Shown piece after piece: positions 12,000 to 25,006 of a stretch of DNA of 64,000 nt. The position numbers and the translations under genes were made by a program. Every line of letters begins with the position of its first letter. Positions within the stretch are counted from its first letter, which is position 1. Source of the stretch: Octopus bimaculoides (taxonomy: Eukaryota); assembly GCF_001194135.2 (NCBI RefSeq), contig NC_068998.1, positions 27,874,342 to 27,938,341 on the forward strand. Direction: 5' to 3'. The notes under the pieces were generated by a model, which ran no database searches, was not told where the DNA came from, and saw only the letters and a program-made list of their open reading frames with translations.

Positions 12000-13900
12000 T
12001 TAATTCCATCACCCATACTCTTCCGTGCTAATGTAGGGTATGTTGGAGGAGGGTATTAATTTTGGAGATTTTCTTCTAGATTGATTGCTAAAATTGATGT
12101 GTAAATGAGGAAAGAATGGTGAAATCGTTATTGTGGGATCTGGTAGTGAGGTTAGACAAAATATAACTAGCAAGAGGAGCCCGGTACATTTAAAACTGCT
12201 TAAGCTGAAGTTGCACGAGACCAGCCAGTTCCGAAGAGAAGAGGATATTGTAGACAAAATGGAGACAGGTCAGCATGTCTTTAGGTAGAGTAGCAACACC
12301 GTCCATGATGTGAAGAGAGCAAACCATTGAACTTGAAAGGAGTTAGTTGTTATTAAGGACTGAGATATTACCTGGTCTTTGAGGTTAGTCTTTGGGAAAC
12401 TGCGTTAGATATGTTGAGAATGTCAGGTCCTTAAAAGAGATCCTCGCTGATGATGAGGTCTAGCTTTTGTAGCGACCCTGAACATTTTCGTTTCGTGTTG
12501 TTCATGTTCTGGGATACGGTATATTGTTTCTTGACATGTGTAGTGAATTTGTCTTTGTCGTTTTGACAGAAAGAAGAATGACATGACTCTACAGAAGAAT
12601 GTTTCCGTGGTTTCTATTCAGTGCAGATATAGTGTAGGATACCTCAGTAGCATGTGGATGACGGTTGTGAGGGGAAGGCTAAGGAGGCTAAGGAGGTATG
12701 AACGGTAGAAGTAGTTGTTGGAGGTGATGGTAAGTAGATTGTTGATGTATAAGAGGAAAAGTATGGCGGGAGGCAAAATTGATACAGTATGGATCAGAGA
12801 GAGATCAGTTACTATATATCGTGATGGGCGATCATACCACAGCCTCCTATCCAAGACGTGAGAGATATATGAAACCCAATGGGAAACATTTTAGTTAGGA
12901 GATTCACATGCAGACACCGTCGAATACCTTACTGAGTTCAACAACACTATTTTCATAAAATTCCTTAGGAGCAGGGATCACTGGTGAATGACATAGGAAA
13001 ACAGGTATCAGCAAATCTGGCTTTGGTTGAGCCGTGCTCAGATGTTGGAAGTGCGAGTTGTAAGTGAATAATTGGCGGGATAGGAGTTGCTCCGCTTGAG
13101 AATGGGACTCACTACAGAGAGTTTTGATGATCCGGGTATATACACAGAAAGCGAGAGAGAGAGAGAGGAAGGGAGTGAGAGGGGAGGGGGAAGAGGCAGA
13201 CAGAGAAATTAAAGATTTTAAAAACTCGGTAAGTATAGAGGTTAGCTCAGGGTTGCGTTGTTTGAGGGTAATTGAGGGTACAATGTCAATACCCTTGCTC
13301 TTGTTAGTTTGAAGAGACCGAAAGTGCTTTCGTATTTGGTATATGTGTATATAATGGTAAGCTCGGTGGAGGGAAAATGGATAATTTGGGTAGAAATTTA
13401 CCCTTTATGTGAAATGTCGAGCTAAACGGGACCTGGACAGCATAAACAAATTCTCCTCTAAATTAGAGAAATGGAGGGAAGGAAATTACCATAAAGTTTG
13501 GAGAAATTCTTAAGGCAAAGGATGTTGAGATAAGTTTTTGCAGAAAGTGCTGAACAAGAGAACTCCCAGTTTGCAGTGGTGAGTGGTTTTCTTCAAGTGT
13601 TGTGAAACATAAGCAAGAAGATGGTTTCGGCCACTTGCTTAGCTGTTTCTGATGGATCAGAGGATCCGGAAGAAGAGGGGTTTTGCGTATTATGTGGATG
13701 CGTGGTGAGTAGTTGAGATAAGGTAGTGGTCGGATGAGCTGATAGATGCAAAGACATGATGGTTTGGTCGAGACTGGATTTGGAGATGAGAAATCGATCA
13801 ACGGTGTTTAAAGTGTATGCGTGATTGTCAAGGATGTGTGTCTGGTATGAAATGAATTGTTGCTGATTGCAAAAGATTCAGTTTCTGTACTGGCTACATT
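12000..13900 (-). mobile_element. Highly decayed Penelope-like element (N-terminal region and RT fragments)
   Basis: Minus strand: SRLARH (~13410-13430), VLDRRLWY-RP...DLSLI (~12800-12865; resembles VLSKGLSFxPTP...DL), and frameshifted TNSF/KFNG...DGVA (~12290-12345; resembles LNxFxFNG...GVAMG). Confidence 0.45.
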
Positions 13901-14519
13901 ACTGTCATATGAGTGCGAGAGCTGATAAGAAGTGTGAACTAACTGAGTACGATAACTTCAGATCTAGCGAGTGAGATATATATATATATCTTAGATGCAG
14001 GAAAAAAAACATGGTTGAAAACTTGGTGATCGGAAATGTTCTGAGAGTGATAGAGGAAGCAGATGGATTTAGGGGAGTTAAGAAGAAGACTTTGAGCTAG
14101 AATAACTGGAAGACCGTTTTACTGACATCCAACTGTATCAATTGTGAGATCACAGCTAATGAGTTGACCATTGTGGATATTCTTTTTCGTCAAACAATCG
14201 CAACTATGATACGTTCCACCACGTCACACCGGAAATCTCTATCTCCCATTAATTTCATGTAATTTGTCGGGTATCAGCATCAATGTTATTAATAAGCTAT
14301 AGAAAACTCCAGAAGATAATATCTGATAAGGCCTGGTATTCAGCACGACATCAATGGCCAGTTCAGCCTGTCCTGCATTGAGCAACAATAGTAGAGATGG
14401 GTGGAATGTGTTCATAAACCATTTGATACGCTATCATCTGTTGGATCTTTTCTAGCAATGTTCAGCTGAAATTGGGTGATAAATGTATCAAGATAATCAC
14501 ATGATGAAAATATAGCCGA

Positions 14520-14645
14520 ATCGACCCCCAGTACTTCTTTTCTTTTCTTTTTTTTTTCTACAAGCATGGTATTTATTCTATCGGTCACTTTTGCCGAACC
14601 GCTAAGTTACGGAGACATAAACACACCAACACCATTGTTAAGTGG
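14520..14645 (-). mobile_element. SINE family A, 3' half
   Basis: ttctatcggtcacttttgccgaaccgctaagttacggagacataaacacaccaac is the reverse complement of the 3' half at 46170-46350; abuts (GATA)n. Confidence 0.8.
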
Positions 14646-14939
14646 TAGATAGATAGATAGATAGATAGATAGATGGATAGATAGATAGATGGATGGATGA
14701 TGGCGGTATCGGAGCGTCGATTAAGATAGCTTGTAGTCTTTGGTTACGACCTTTTATATTATAGTTACATCTCTGCATCTATTTATGCCTAAATCTACTT
14801 CACCGTCACTCATACCGAAATCGATAAAATTATGCCCCTGACACAGTACTGAGTCAACTAAAAGCCTTGAATACGAAAATGTAGCATGGTCGCAATCCAA
14901 TGAATGTAGCTCTAAATTTGTTAAAGGATATAGAGTTTA

Positions 14940-15535
14940 TAGCTGTTGTTTATCAGATACAGTTTCAAGCTATTGACTAAATGAACACATGTAGTTATTG
15001 AATATATAGATACAGTATGAGCATTGGTGTAGATCGATGCATCTGGTACTTATTGATTTGACAGATACATCTGACAGTTATTGACTTGATCGAGACAGCT
15101 AGTAGCTATTGACTGGATCGATACAGCTAACAGCTATTGACTATATCGATACAGTTGGTAGTAATTGACTAGATCAGTTGACTCGAGAGACACTGGTTGG
15201 AGGCATTGACCAGATCAACACAGATGGTAGTTATTGGCTACATTGCTACAACTGGTAGCTATTGATAGGATCGATACATCTAGTAATTGTTGATAGGATC
15301 GATACAGCTGATATCTATTGACTAGATCAATACATCTGGTAACTATTAGCAAGATCGATACAGCTTGTGTCAGTTGACTAGAGGGAAACAAGTTGGAGCT
15401 ACAGCTGGTTGTTATTGACTAGATCAGATGGTATCTGTTGACTAAATCGATACAAGCGGTATCAGTTGACTGAATCAATACAATGTGGAGCTATTGACGA
15501 GGTAGATGCAGTTGCAGCTATTGACTAGATCTGTG
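14940..15535. repeat. Diverged 28-bp minisatellite, about 20 units; consensus ctattgactagatcgatacagctggtag
   Basis: Recurring tattgac...atcgatacag at 28-bp spacing, e.g. ctattgactggatcgatacagctaacag followed by ctattgactatatcgatacagttggtag. Confidence 0.85.
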
Positions 15536-15803
15536 ATAAATAGCAGAGAGGCTAATGGGACTGTGTTTTATGATTGGCACAGCTGTAATATATAGTGGTA
15601 TGATTCCTGGAACTGAAATATATAAAGGATGTCGCTGGTGGAACTGTAGTGCATAGCTGTGCAGCTTCTAGAACTGTGGTCATCAAGTCGTGAGATTGAT
15701 GGAACTCTAACATATTTTTGAGTATTGAGCACTCAGATATTTTTCGCGTAAATATCAATATTAAACATACTTTTATATCTACATTTATATCTATCTATCT
15801 ATA

Positions 15804-16120
<317 letters not shown>

Positions 16121-16156
16121 TATTCTTATATACACACACATATATATATAAGAATA

Positions 16157-16450
16157 GGCGGTAGCGTGGCTGTGTGGTAAGAAGCTTGCTTCCCAACTAC
16201 ATCGTTCCAGGTTCAGTTCCAGTGCGTGTTACCTTCGGTGTGTGTCATTTATTATAACCCGGGCCAACCGAAGCCTTGTGAATAGGTTTAGTTGACGGAA
16301 ACTGAAAGGAGCATGTCGTATGAGTATGTGTGGTGGGGGTGGGGGAATACTGTGTCTGTGTTTGTGTTTGTTCCCTACCACAGCTTGACAACCGGTATTA
16401 AGTTGCAACCGTAACTTAGCGGTTCAGCAAAAGATAACGATTGAATAAGT
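16157..16450 (+). mobile_element. SINE family A
   Basis: Same head and 3' half as 15804; short G/T-rich centre. Confidence 0.85.
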
Positions 16451-16481
<31 letters not shown>

Positions 16482-16485
16482 TAAA

Positions 16486-16705
16486 GGCGGCGAGCTGGCA
16501 GAAACGTTAGCACACCGGGCGAAGTGCTTAGCGGTATTTTGTCTGTCTTTATGTTCTGAGTTCAAATTCTGCCGAGGTCGACTTTACCTTTCATCCTTTC
16601 AGGGTCGTTAAATTAAGTACCAGTTACTCACTGGGGTCGATTAATCGACTTAATCCCTTTGTTTGTACCCTCTATATTTAGTCCCATGTGGGCAATAAAG
16701 AAATA
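16486..16705 (+). mobile_element. SINE family B (ggcggcgagctggcag...gagttcaaattc...gtcgactttacctttcatcctttc)
   Basis: B-box gagttcaaattc; other copies at 36900, 37625 and 37815. Preceded by (GATA)n, followed by (TA)n. Confidence 0.9.
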
Positions 16706-18499
16706 TATATATATATATGCACGCGCATACATACATACATCCATGCACACATATGTATATATATATATATATATATATATNNNNNNNNNNNNNNNNNNNN
16801 NNNNNNNNNNNNNNNNNNNNNNNNNNNNNNNNNNNNNNNNNNNNNNNNNNNNNNNNNNNNNNNNNNNNNNNNNNNNNNNNNNNNNNNNNNNNNNNNNNNN
16901 NNNNNNNNNNNNNNNNNNNNNNNNNNNNNNNNNNNNNNNNNNNNNNNNNNNNNNNNNNNNNNNNNNNNNNNNNNNNNNNNNNNNNNNNNNNNNNNNNNNN
17001 NNNNNNNNNNNNNNNNNNNNNNNNNNNNNNNNNNNNNNNNNNNNNNNNNNNNNNNNNNNNNNNNNNNNNNNNNNNNNNNNNNNNNNNNNNNNNNNNNNNN
17101 NNNNNNNNNNNNNNNNNNNNNNNNNNNNNNNNNNNNNNNNNNNNNNNNNNNNNNNNNNNNNNNNNNNNNNNNNNNNNNNNNNNNNNNNNNNNNNNNNNNN
17201 NNNNNNNNNNNNNNNNNNNNNNNNNNNNNNNNNNNNNNNNNNNNNNNNNNNNNNNNNNNNNNNNNNNNNNNNNNNNNNNNTTCTCTATTTGTGTGGTTTT
17301 ATTTTTCTTTTCTGTAAAGGTGTGTGTTTTTTATTCTCTGTACCTGAGTACACAGGTGCGCATATACGCACACACACACGCACACACTCACACACATGCG
17401 CACACACACACGCACGCACACAGACGCGCGCGCACATGCACAAAACATACAGACGGCGGTGGAGGGAATGCAGTGGATGTAGAAGTGAAGTGATTCTATC
17501 GTCTCAGAAAAAGTACCCAATCTCTTCATAATTTACAGAATTTCTACATCAGTATCCCCACAGTATATTACACACAACGTAAAGGACCCACATTTATCAT
17601 TAACAGCAACAACAAAACTTTATCTTTGATACATACCTTGTAAATCCAAATGTCAAAAATGCGTGTACTCTCATCATTATTTCAAAGATTAAAAGAGGAA
17701 TAATTCTAGTATTCTTGTTCGCCACCTCCATAGAATAGGCATTTTTATGTCGTTTAAAGTTGGCCGATGTTTCATTTGTCTGTTACAGCAGAAATTCCTT
17801 CAGATCTAAAAAAAACTTTGAACAGTCGAGAAACCAAGTTGAAACTACCCATTCTAAAGAACCGAGTATGCCTCACACACACACATGCGCACATCCACAT
17901 CTACACATACGCACAGACACTTCCACGTATTTANNNNNNNNNNNNNNNNNNNNNNNNNNNNNNNNNNNNNNNNNNNNNNNNNNNNNNNNNNNNNNNNNNN
18001 NNNNNNNNNNNNNNNNNNNNNNNNNNNNNNNNNNNNNNNNNNNNNNNNNNNNNNNNNNNNNNNNNNNNNNNNNNNNNNNNNNNNNNNNNNNNNNNNNNNN
18101 NNNNNNNNNNNNNNNNNNNNNNNNNNNNNNNNNNNNNATATATATATATATAAACAGTAAAAAGGTGGTCGAAAGAGGGTAGTTCTGAAGATAAGTATTA
18201 TTATCAACTAATATGTATTATCGACTTAAATGCTCCCCCTTATGATAATAATTAATTGCAATTACTGTTGTATAAGTAAATCATGAACCCTTTGTTCCCG
18301 CCACATCTTAGTATTGTGTTCGTTCTCCGTTTGCTCGCAGCCTGACTAATCTGTCTTTCTATGTGCGATTGGTCATAAATCTAGATTTTTATTTTCTTTA
18401 CCAACCATTACACTCCCTCTGTACCACGTACCCACCACTCGCCACCGAACATTACCATCACTACAAGTACAATGCTGAAATAATATACATGTGGCTTAC

Positions 18500-18538
<39 letters not shown>

Positions 18539-18984
18539 GAAAGTAATGAGAGAGAAAAAGAGGGAAACTGGAAGAGAGTGGAATAGATTTTGTCAACTGA
18601 TTTTTTTTTTTACTCATAACCGCCGGCATGTCGACACTAATGTTTATTTTTGGTGTATATTAACTTGTAATGTCAAGTTTCAAGGAGATTGTTCGCCAAG
18701 TATATTTCTATTTATTCACGAGTGTTTATTGATAAGTTTGAAGCAAATAACAAGTTAAAATAATCTTTCAAGAGATACTCCTTCCGTCCATTCCCAGATT
18801 TCTGCTTGATTCTGAAGTCACAAGAATATAGCTTATTACCCAAAACCCTACAAACCTGAAGCCCTAACATAGAAAGATTTTATTCAACATATTCTCTATG
18901 TCGTTTTAGAATTAGTTCAACACGTATATTAAATTCTATAGTATGGAAAAGAGAGGTACATAGACAAGCAGACTGATAGACAGA

Positions 18985-19250
<266 letters not shown>

Positions 19251-19697
19251 AAAGGTGAATGAAGAAATAATGAAAATTGTCGCTTGCTGAGTCTATGTAA
19301 GAGCATCAAAGTCTGTAAGAATCCTGCTGCCGTCTCACCTACACAACTAACTCTGACATTTGCCAACATTCTGAAGCAAAAATTTCGAAACTATGTTCCA
19401 AAGTGATATAAAAAGATAACGAAGGGCAATTCACAGTTTGTATTTCACGTGAGCACATTGAATGACGTGACGGGTTGCGCATGTCAGCCTCCGCTAAATT
19501 GTGTCTACCCTGAACAGTGTCACATATTATCATTATCTCAAATGACGCTGGTGCTTACTATCAGGGAAGATTTAACAAGTAAAAATAGCAAAAAATAATG
19601 GTAAATATTTTCAAGTGGTCTTTTCCTCAATTATGCCTTATCCCCCCCTTCTCTCATTCTCTCCCTTTCTCTCTTTCTCTCCTTGTCTTTCTTTATT

Positions 19698-19699
<2 letters not shown>

Positions 19700-19743
<44 letters not shown>

Positions 19744-19872
19744 GTTCTCCTTTGTTTCTCAATCATTTCTTCTTTATTATCTCCCCCCCACCACCACCAT
19801 CTCCACATCTCGTACAATATTTTCCAGCTCTTTCCTTTTTTTTTCGTGTTTTCTTTCTTCGTTCTTCTTATG

Positions 19873-19942
<70 letters not shown>

Positions 19943-19945
19943 CCC
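19700..19945. repeat. (CT)n polypyrimidine tracts
   Basis: Direct reading. Confidence 0.9.
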
Positions 19946-20045
19946 TCTTTTTTTCTCTCACTCTCTACTTCTTTCCAAGTTTCTTTCTCTCTATAGATTG
20001 TCACAATGTGTAAACTTAATAGAACTAACCATGAGATCTGTCAAG

Positions 20046-20076
<31 letters not shown>

Positions 20077-20354
20077 GAAATACGTTTATTGAAGAGAAAT
20101 TTCCGCCTAAAATCATTTCCCTTCGACAGCTCAAAGAGGGACCCTCATTGCTTCCTCTGTCGAATCATCTTTCTCTCGTTACATCATCTCGTTTCCATCA
20201 CACTTTAATAATTATTTGAAGAGAATCGTTCCTGTCCTCTTCAGGCAGCGGTAGCGTAGCTGTGAGGGCGGAGACGATGAGGGCGTTCCAACCCTGGCGG
20301 TACATACTCAAACTACGCCACAGTATGGGGTTGCTGTGTGTGTGTGTGTGTGTC

Positions 20355-20560
20355 TTTTATCTGTTATTTGTTTCGGTTATTAGACTGTAGCCATGCTGGA
20401 GCATGGCCTCGAAGAATTTTTAGTCGAACGAATCGACCTCAGTAATATTTGTAAGTCAGATATTTATTTTATCGATCACTTTGCCCAACAGCTAGTTTAT
20501 GGAAGCATAAACACACCAACACCGGTTGTCAAGCGGTGGTGGTGAGACAAACACACACAC
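20355..20560 (-). mobile_element. SINE family A, 3' half
   Basis: gccatgctggagc...tagtcgaacgaatcgacc...aaacacaccaacaccggttgtcaagcggtgg. Confidence 0.8.
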
Positions 20561-21019
20561 ACACACATACATTTATATATATAGTAAATAATATATAGTA
20601 AATATCAGACCGCCCTGCACACACAAGCACTGACCACTTCCCAGCATCCACACCATCATCCACACACGCACACATTACAGACGCACATACACACGCACAC
20701 ATTCACACGTCAAAGTCACTAGTCCCTATCCACACGCACACACTTACACACATACACACGCACGCTCACCTTCGTTTTGGGATCACCAGTACTTTACTAT
20801 CTCCCCTTCTTCCAGGCTCTCCTGTCTAATTACCTTTGTCCAGCCAGCCGCCATGATTGACCGCTAGCTCCAAAAGTTTTTTATTTTCTCTCNNNNNNNN
20901 NNNNNNNNNNNNNNNNNNNNNNNNNNNNNNNNNNNNNNNNNNNNNNNNNNNNNNNNNNNNNNNNNNNNNNNNNNNNNNNNNNNNNNNNNNNNNNNNNNNN
21001 NNNNNNNNNNNNNNNNNNN

Positions 21020-21050
21020 CTGTTGAAGAGCGTAGGCTCGAAACGTAAAA
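21020..21050 (+). ncRNA. Minimal hammerhead ribozyme motif, variant core (CTGTTGA)
   Basis: CTGTTGA-A-GAGC-gtag-GCTC-GAAA-CGT-A; the 5' stem I strand lies in the gap. Confidence 0.5.
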
Positions 21051-21185
21051 TACTTTCTCACCTTCCCGAGCGTTAAACTAATACACCTGTTTGTTGTTTA
21101 TACACCTATCTTCGTCTTTTGTTTTTCTGTAAATTTCAACTATATACATATATATATATACATAAACACGCGCGCGCGCGCACAC

Positions 21186-21227
<42 letters not shown>

Positions 21228-22021
21228 TTTCTATCCCGTTTTCTTTCCGACTTTCCTCCTCAGTACCTGCAACCTGCTAAAAACTCTTTCACTTGCTTTT
21301 AAAAAAAAACTCGCCACTCTAGTCATCTTTCTTTCCTAAGCCTCCGTCATCACGTCACACACCGTGGCTACCGCTTGAAGTTCCACGCTACCCTTATTCC
21401 TCTCCCTCCATCGAGCCCACTCTCCCCCGCACTTCCCACCTCCTCATCCGTGCCACTATCCGTTCCACCCGCTCCCGCCTTCACTCCCTCGATCATCAAC
21501 TCCTGCAAACTTACCTCCTCCTTTCCACCCTCTGCCCTCCACCCTTCACCCAACCTATTCTCCGCTTTCTTCTCGATCTCAACCACCAATTCTATAATTT
21601 CCTCACACACACAAAAAAAAACTCCACCGCCTCCTCAACCCTTCACCCCTCCCATACACACACGTACACACACACACTCCCACACGTACACACACAGATA
21701 CATGCACACACTACACACAAAACACACACACCTTATACATACACGAGCACACATACATATACACGTGCTTCAAACTGCTAGTCAAACACCTTTCTACTGA
21801 CCATTCCTCAACGCACGTGTGAAGAAGCACACAACTACACAATGGACCACCACTCCTGTCACCAGAGACTTGTGCGCACGCGCATACCCACACATACACA
21901 CACATACTTCCTTCTCTTGCACTCTCCTGTCTTAGAAAGAACTTTTTCTTCACCCATTCCCTTCCGGTCATTTCAAAATGTAACTACATGTGAATCGTTG
22001 GCGATTTTTTCCCTCCGTCTT

Positions 22022-22060
22022 CCTTTTCTGAAGAAGAGCCTTTGCTCGAAACGTAAAACA
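22022..22060 (+). ncRNA. Minimal hammerhead ribozyme motif, canonical core
   Basis: ttt-CTGAAGA(22028-34)-A-GAGC-cttt-GCTC-GAAA(22048-51)-CGT-A-aaa. Stem III is reduced to palindromic ACGT, as in PLE-associated dimeric hammerheads. Stem I is weak. Confidence 0.65.
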
Positions 22061-22165
22061 CCTTTCTTACCTTCCTTGAGCTAATATTTTACATGCATGT
22101 ACCACGTCCACGAGTTGTTGTTTTTTTGTGTTTGTTCTTCGTTTTTTTTTGGGGGGGGGGATTTA

Positions 22166-22209
<44 letters not shown>

Positions 22210-22886
22210 GTATATATATATATATATATATATATCGCCTAGGCATAGCGTTACCTGGTGTTAGAACTCAATATATATAGCTCCGACAAAGCTGTTAGGT
22301 GATACACAGGCACTCAACAATGAATATACAGCATCTTATAGCAGAAACAGTTGTATGCTAATGAAATTCATTGCATAATTTCTTGTTCCCTTATCATTTA
22401 CATAATCTCATATGTGTATATATGTATGCATGTGCGTAAGATGCGCTTTCGTACAATTTTCATCTACCAAGTTTCATTCACAAAGCATTGGTCGTCGGAC
22501 CGAAATTAAAGTACAAGAGACTTGCCCAAGTTTGTTGTTGACTCAGGACGAAAAGAGCCAGAACAAATACCGCAAAGGATTTTTTCAACGATCTAACAAT
22601 TCTGCCGGCTCGTCGTTCTTCCAGGAATCAGTCAACGAAGAAATTACTATATCAGTGATTTCCAGCCTTTTCTAACCCTCTGACTCTTGATTACATTTTT
22701 GCACTCCCTGCAAAAACTAATAATTCACATTTAAATTAAAGAACATTCAGTACAACGGTATGATAAAATTATTGGTGTGCTTAATAAAATAAAGTCATTT
22801 TTCAGATTTAGGTTGTAACTGTATTCTGAAAACGGGCTTTAATAATGAATATTCTTTCCCGTTTTATTTTTTTCTCTTTTTCGCAG

Positions 22887-23003
22887 TCTCTGAAATGCCG
22901 TCTCACATGCCTGAACTGCGGGCATGCCTGGTTTCGAGCCCCTGCTCTACATGCACACTCGATCTTCAAGAAATAGCACCCAAATCTTCCAGAGTTTCCA
23001 AAG
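22887..23003 (+). CDS. Candidate isolated internal exon (117 bp, phase 1-1), product unknown
   Basis: Acceptor ttttatttttttctctttttcgcag and donor aag|gtaaag. One frame is open: SEMPSHMPELRACLVSSPCSTCTLDLQEIAPKSSRVSK. No homology recognised. Confidence 0.3.
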
Positions 23004-23102
23004 GTAAAGACTCATTGGATAATGTAGTTCTAAATACTACTATGCCTAAAAAGAGAAAGTAGTGAACACTTATTCTTGGATGACTCGTGGACTAAACACA
23101 GC

Positions 23103-23143
23103 TGCTACTATTTCTACTACTACTACTTCAACTACTACTACTG

Positions 23144-23188
<45 letters not shown>

Positions 23189-23310
23189 TTACTACTACTA
23201 CTACTACCATCACCACCACCATCACCACCACCATCACTACCACCATCACCACCACCATCACCACCACCATCACCACCACCATCACCACCACCACCTCCAC
23301 CCTACTACTG
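23103..23310. repeat. (ACT)n grading into (ACC/ATC)n trinucleotide repeat
   Basis: Direct reading. Confidence 0.95.
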
Positions 23311-25006
23311 CCACTACCTTTAACTTAACTTTGTTCTTTGTCTTTTCTAAAGCCCTCATAAGAACGCTTTTATTTCGAAGTACAAGTTTCAAGCACTCAT
23401 CTCCCCCTCTTTCTCTTTCCTCCTCTCTCGCTTTCTTCTTTTCCTTCCCCTCTCTCCTTCCCCTCTCTCATCTCTTTCTCTCTCTCTCTCTCTTAAATCT
23501 ATCTCTGTCTTTCTATTCCAGACTTTGTATTAAACACTTGCCCTGCCTTCACCTTGTGGATGCTCCTCTTTTCTCTTGATGTTCTTCATAACACTACTCA
23601 CAACAATCCAATTGAAATACCAACTGTTCTAACCTTACTTCCATGCTCTCTTCCCAATCACTCAATGTTACTCCATGGACGCTGTACTTATCTTTCAGAC
23701 TTACTAAACAACATTTTACACAAGCAATAACTTCTCTGTCTTTCGTAGACTGCTGCACTATTTAATCCTTTATTGTTTCATAGTAAATAGATGAATAAAT
23801 AATCTCATAAGAGTCAGACGTTTAACTCGAACTCACTTACTTTGTATCAGAGCAGAATGTATTACACTTGTGTGGGTGTAGGTTAATGAGAACGTGTAAG
23901 TTTGTAGGGTAGATAGCAAATATAGAACTAGTGGAAGTATCTTCTCAAAGAGCAGAATGTAATAAGCGAAGGACAAATGAGGAAGTCGACATTACACACA
24001 CACATGTGTGTGTGTAATGTGCATACACATGCACACGCTAATGCAGACATGCATTTACATTCGTATACACTCGTTTTTTTTTTCTTTCCTCTATTCTTTT
24101 TTCATTTTCTTTCTTCCTGTATCTTTCTCCCACACTCTCTTCTTCACCTTTTTTCCAATTTCGAAATTTAAAATTATCCATTTCCTGATAATTTTACAAC
24201 GAAAAGATTTTAATGAGTAAGTTCTACAGCACGAAGCATGTGAGAAGCTTGTTTCAGAAACTAGTTCATTTTTGTCTTGGTATAATTGAAAGAAAGGCAT
24301 AAATTTTAGAAAACTTAAAGCGTTTCTCTTTAAATATGATATTTAAATGTTACAGATTTAGGGTGATGGCCCTTTCAGAATTATACTGAAATCACTTATA
24401 AAACGACGGAAAGTTCAAACTGAAAATGGTTAGTAGCTTCAATTTCAAAAGCAATGAATGACATATACCAAAAAAGATAAATCGTGTATTTTAATTGATA
24501 TCTATTGTACAATACTTGAAAGCTGTTGATGGACGAGCACTCAAACAGTCTAGAAACGGCCAGACGGTCGAAAAGCAGTCTAACAATAGAAAAGCAGTTC
24601 GACGAGAAGAAATAGTCCGACTTTGAGAATCAGTCAAACTCTGAGATGCAGTTTGACATTTGAGGAGACAGACAGTCGAAATTAAAATAAAATGGACGGT
24701 CTTATCAATTTTGATAGAAAGGAATCCCAGCCACCACGCATTGTCAGTTCACTAAAAGATAATTGTGATCACCTCGTATCATTTTTCATGAAGACAATGA
24801 TCAGAGGAACGAAGAGAACCAAATGTATACATGCGCGCGTGCACAAACACACACACACCCATATGTACGTACATATATACACGCATACACGCATACATAC
24901 ATACATACATACATACATACATACATACATACATACATACAGGCAGGCAGATATACTGAATTGCGGCTGTTAAGGAAAAAAAAAGGTTTAAGCAGAAACT
25001 TTTACC

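Larger units (their letters stand above)
21020..22085 (+). mobile_element. Penelope-like remnant: hammerhead-bearing repeat, ORF N-terminus, second hammerhead-bearing repeat
   Basis: KTRHSSHLSFLSLRHHVTHRGYRLKFHA (21306-21389) is flanked by related segments gctcgaaacgtaaaa...tttct..ccttcc.gagc at 21036-21072 and 22044-22081. Confidence 0.65.

Noticed and set aside
14000-14480. Possible APE endonuclease relic on the minus strand (ICFLYHSQN)
   Set aside because: A single weak motif, insufficient to call.
14940-15535. CRISPR array (28-bp period, palindromic unit)
   Set aside because: No unique spacers, no cas genes, eukaryotic context.
22538-22636. Tiny inverted-repeat element (gttgact...agtcaac)
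   Set aside because: 7-bp match with poor internal pairing and no TSD; compatible with chance.
23062-23579. Poly-Thr, poly-Tyr/His and poly-Val ORFs
   Set aside because: Frames of an (ACT)/(ACC) trinucleotide repeat, with no unique coding context.
23520-23760. Possible Penelope RT relic
   Set aside because: Only faint similarity, with no diagnostic motif.
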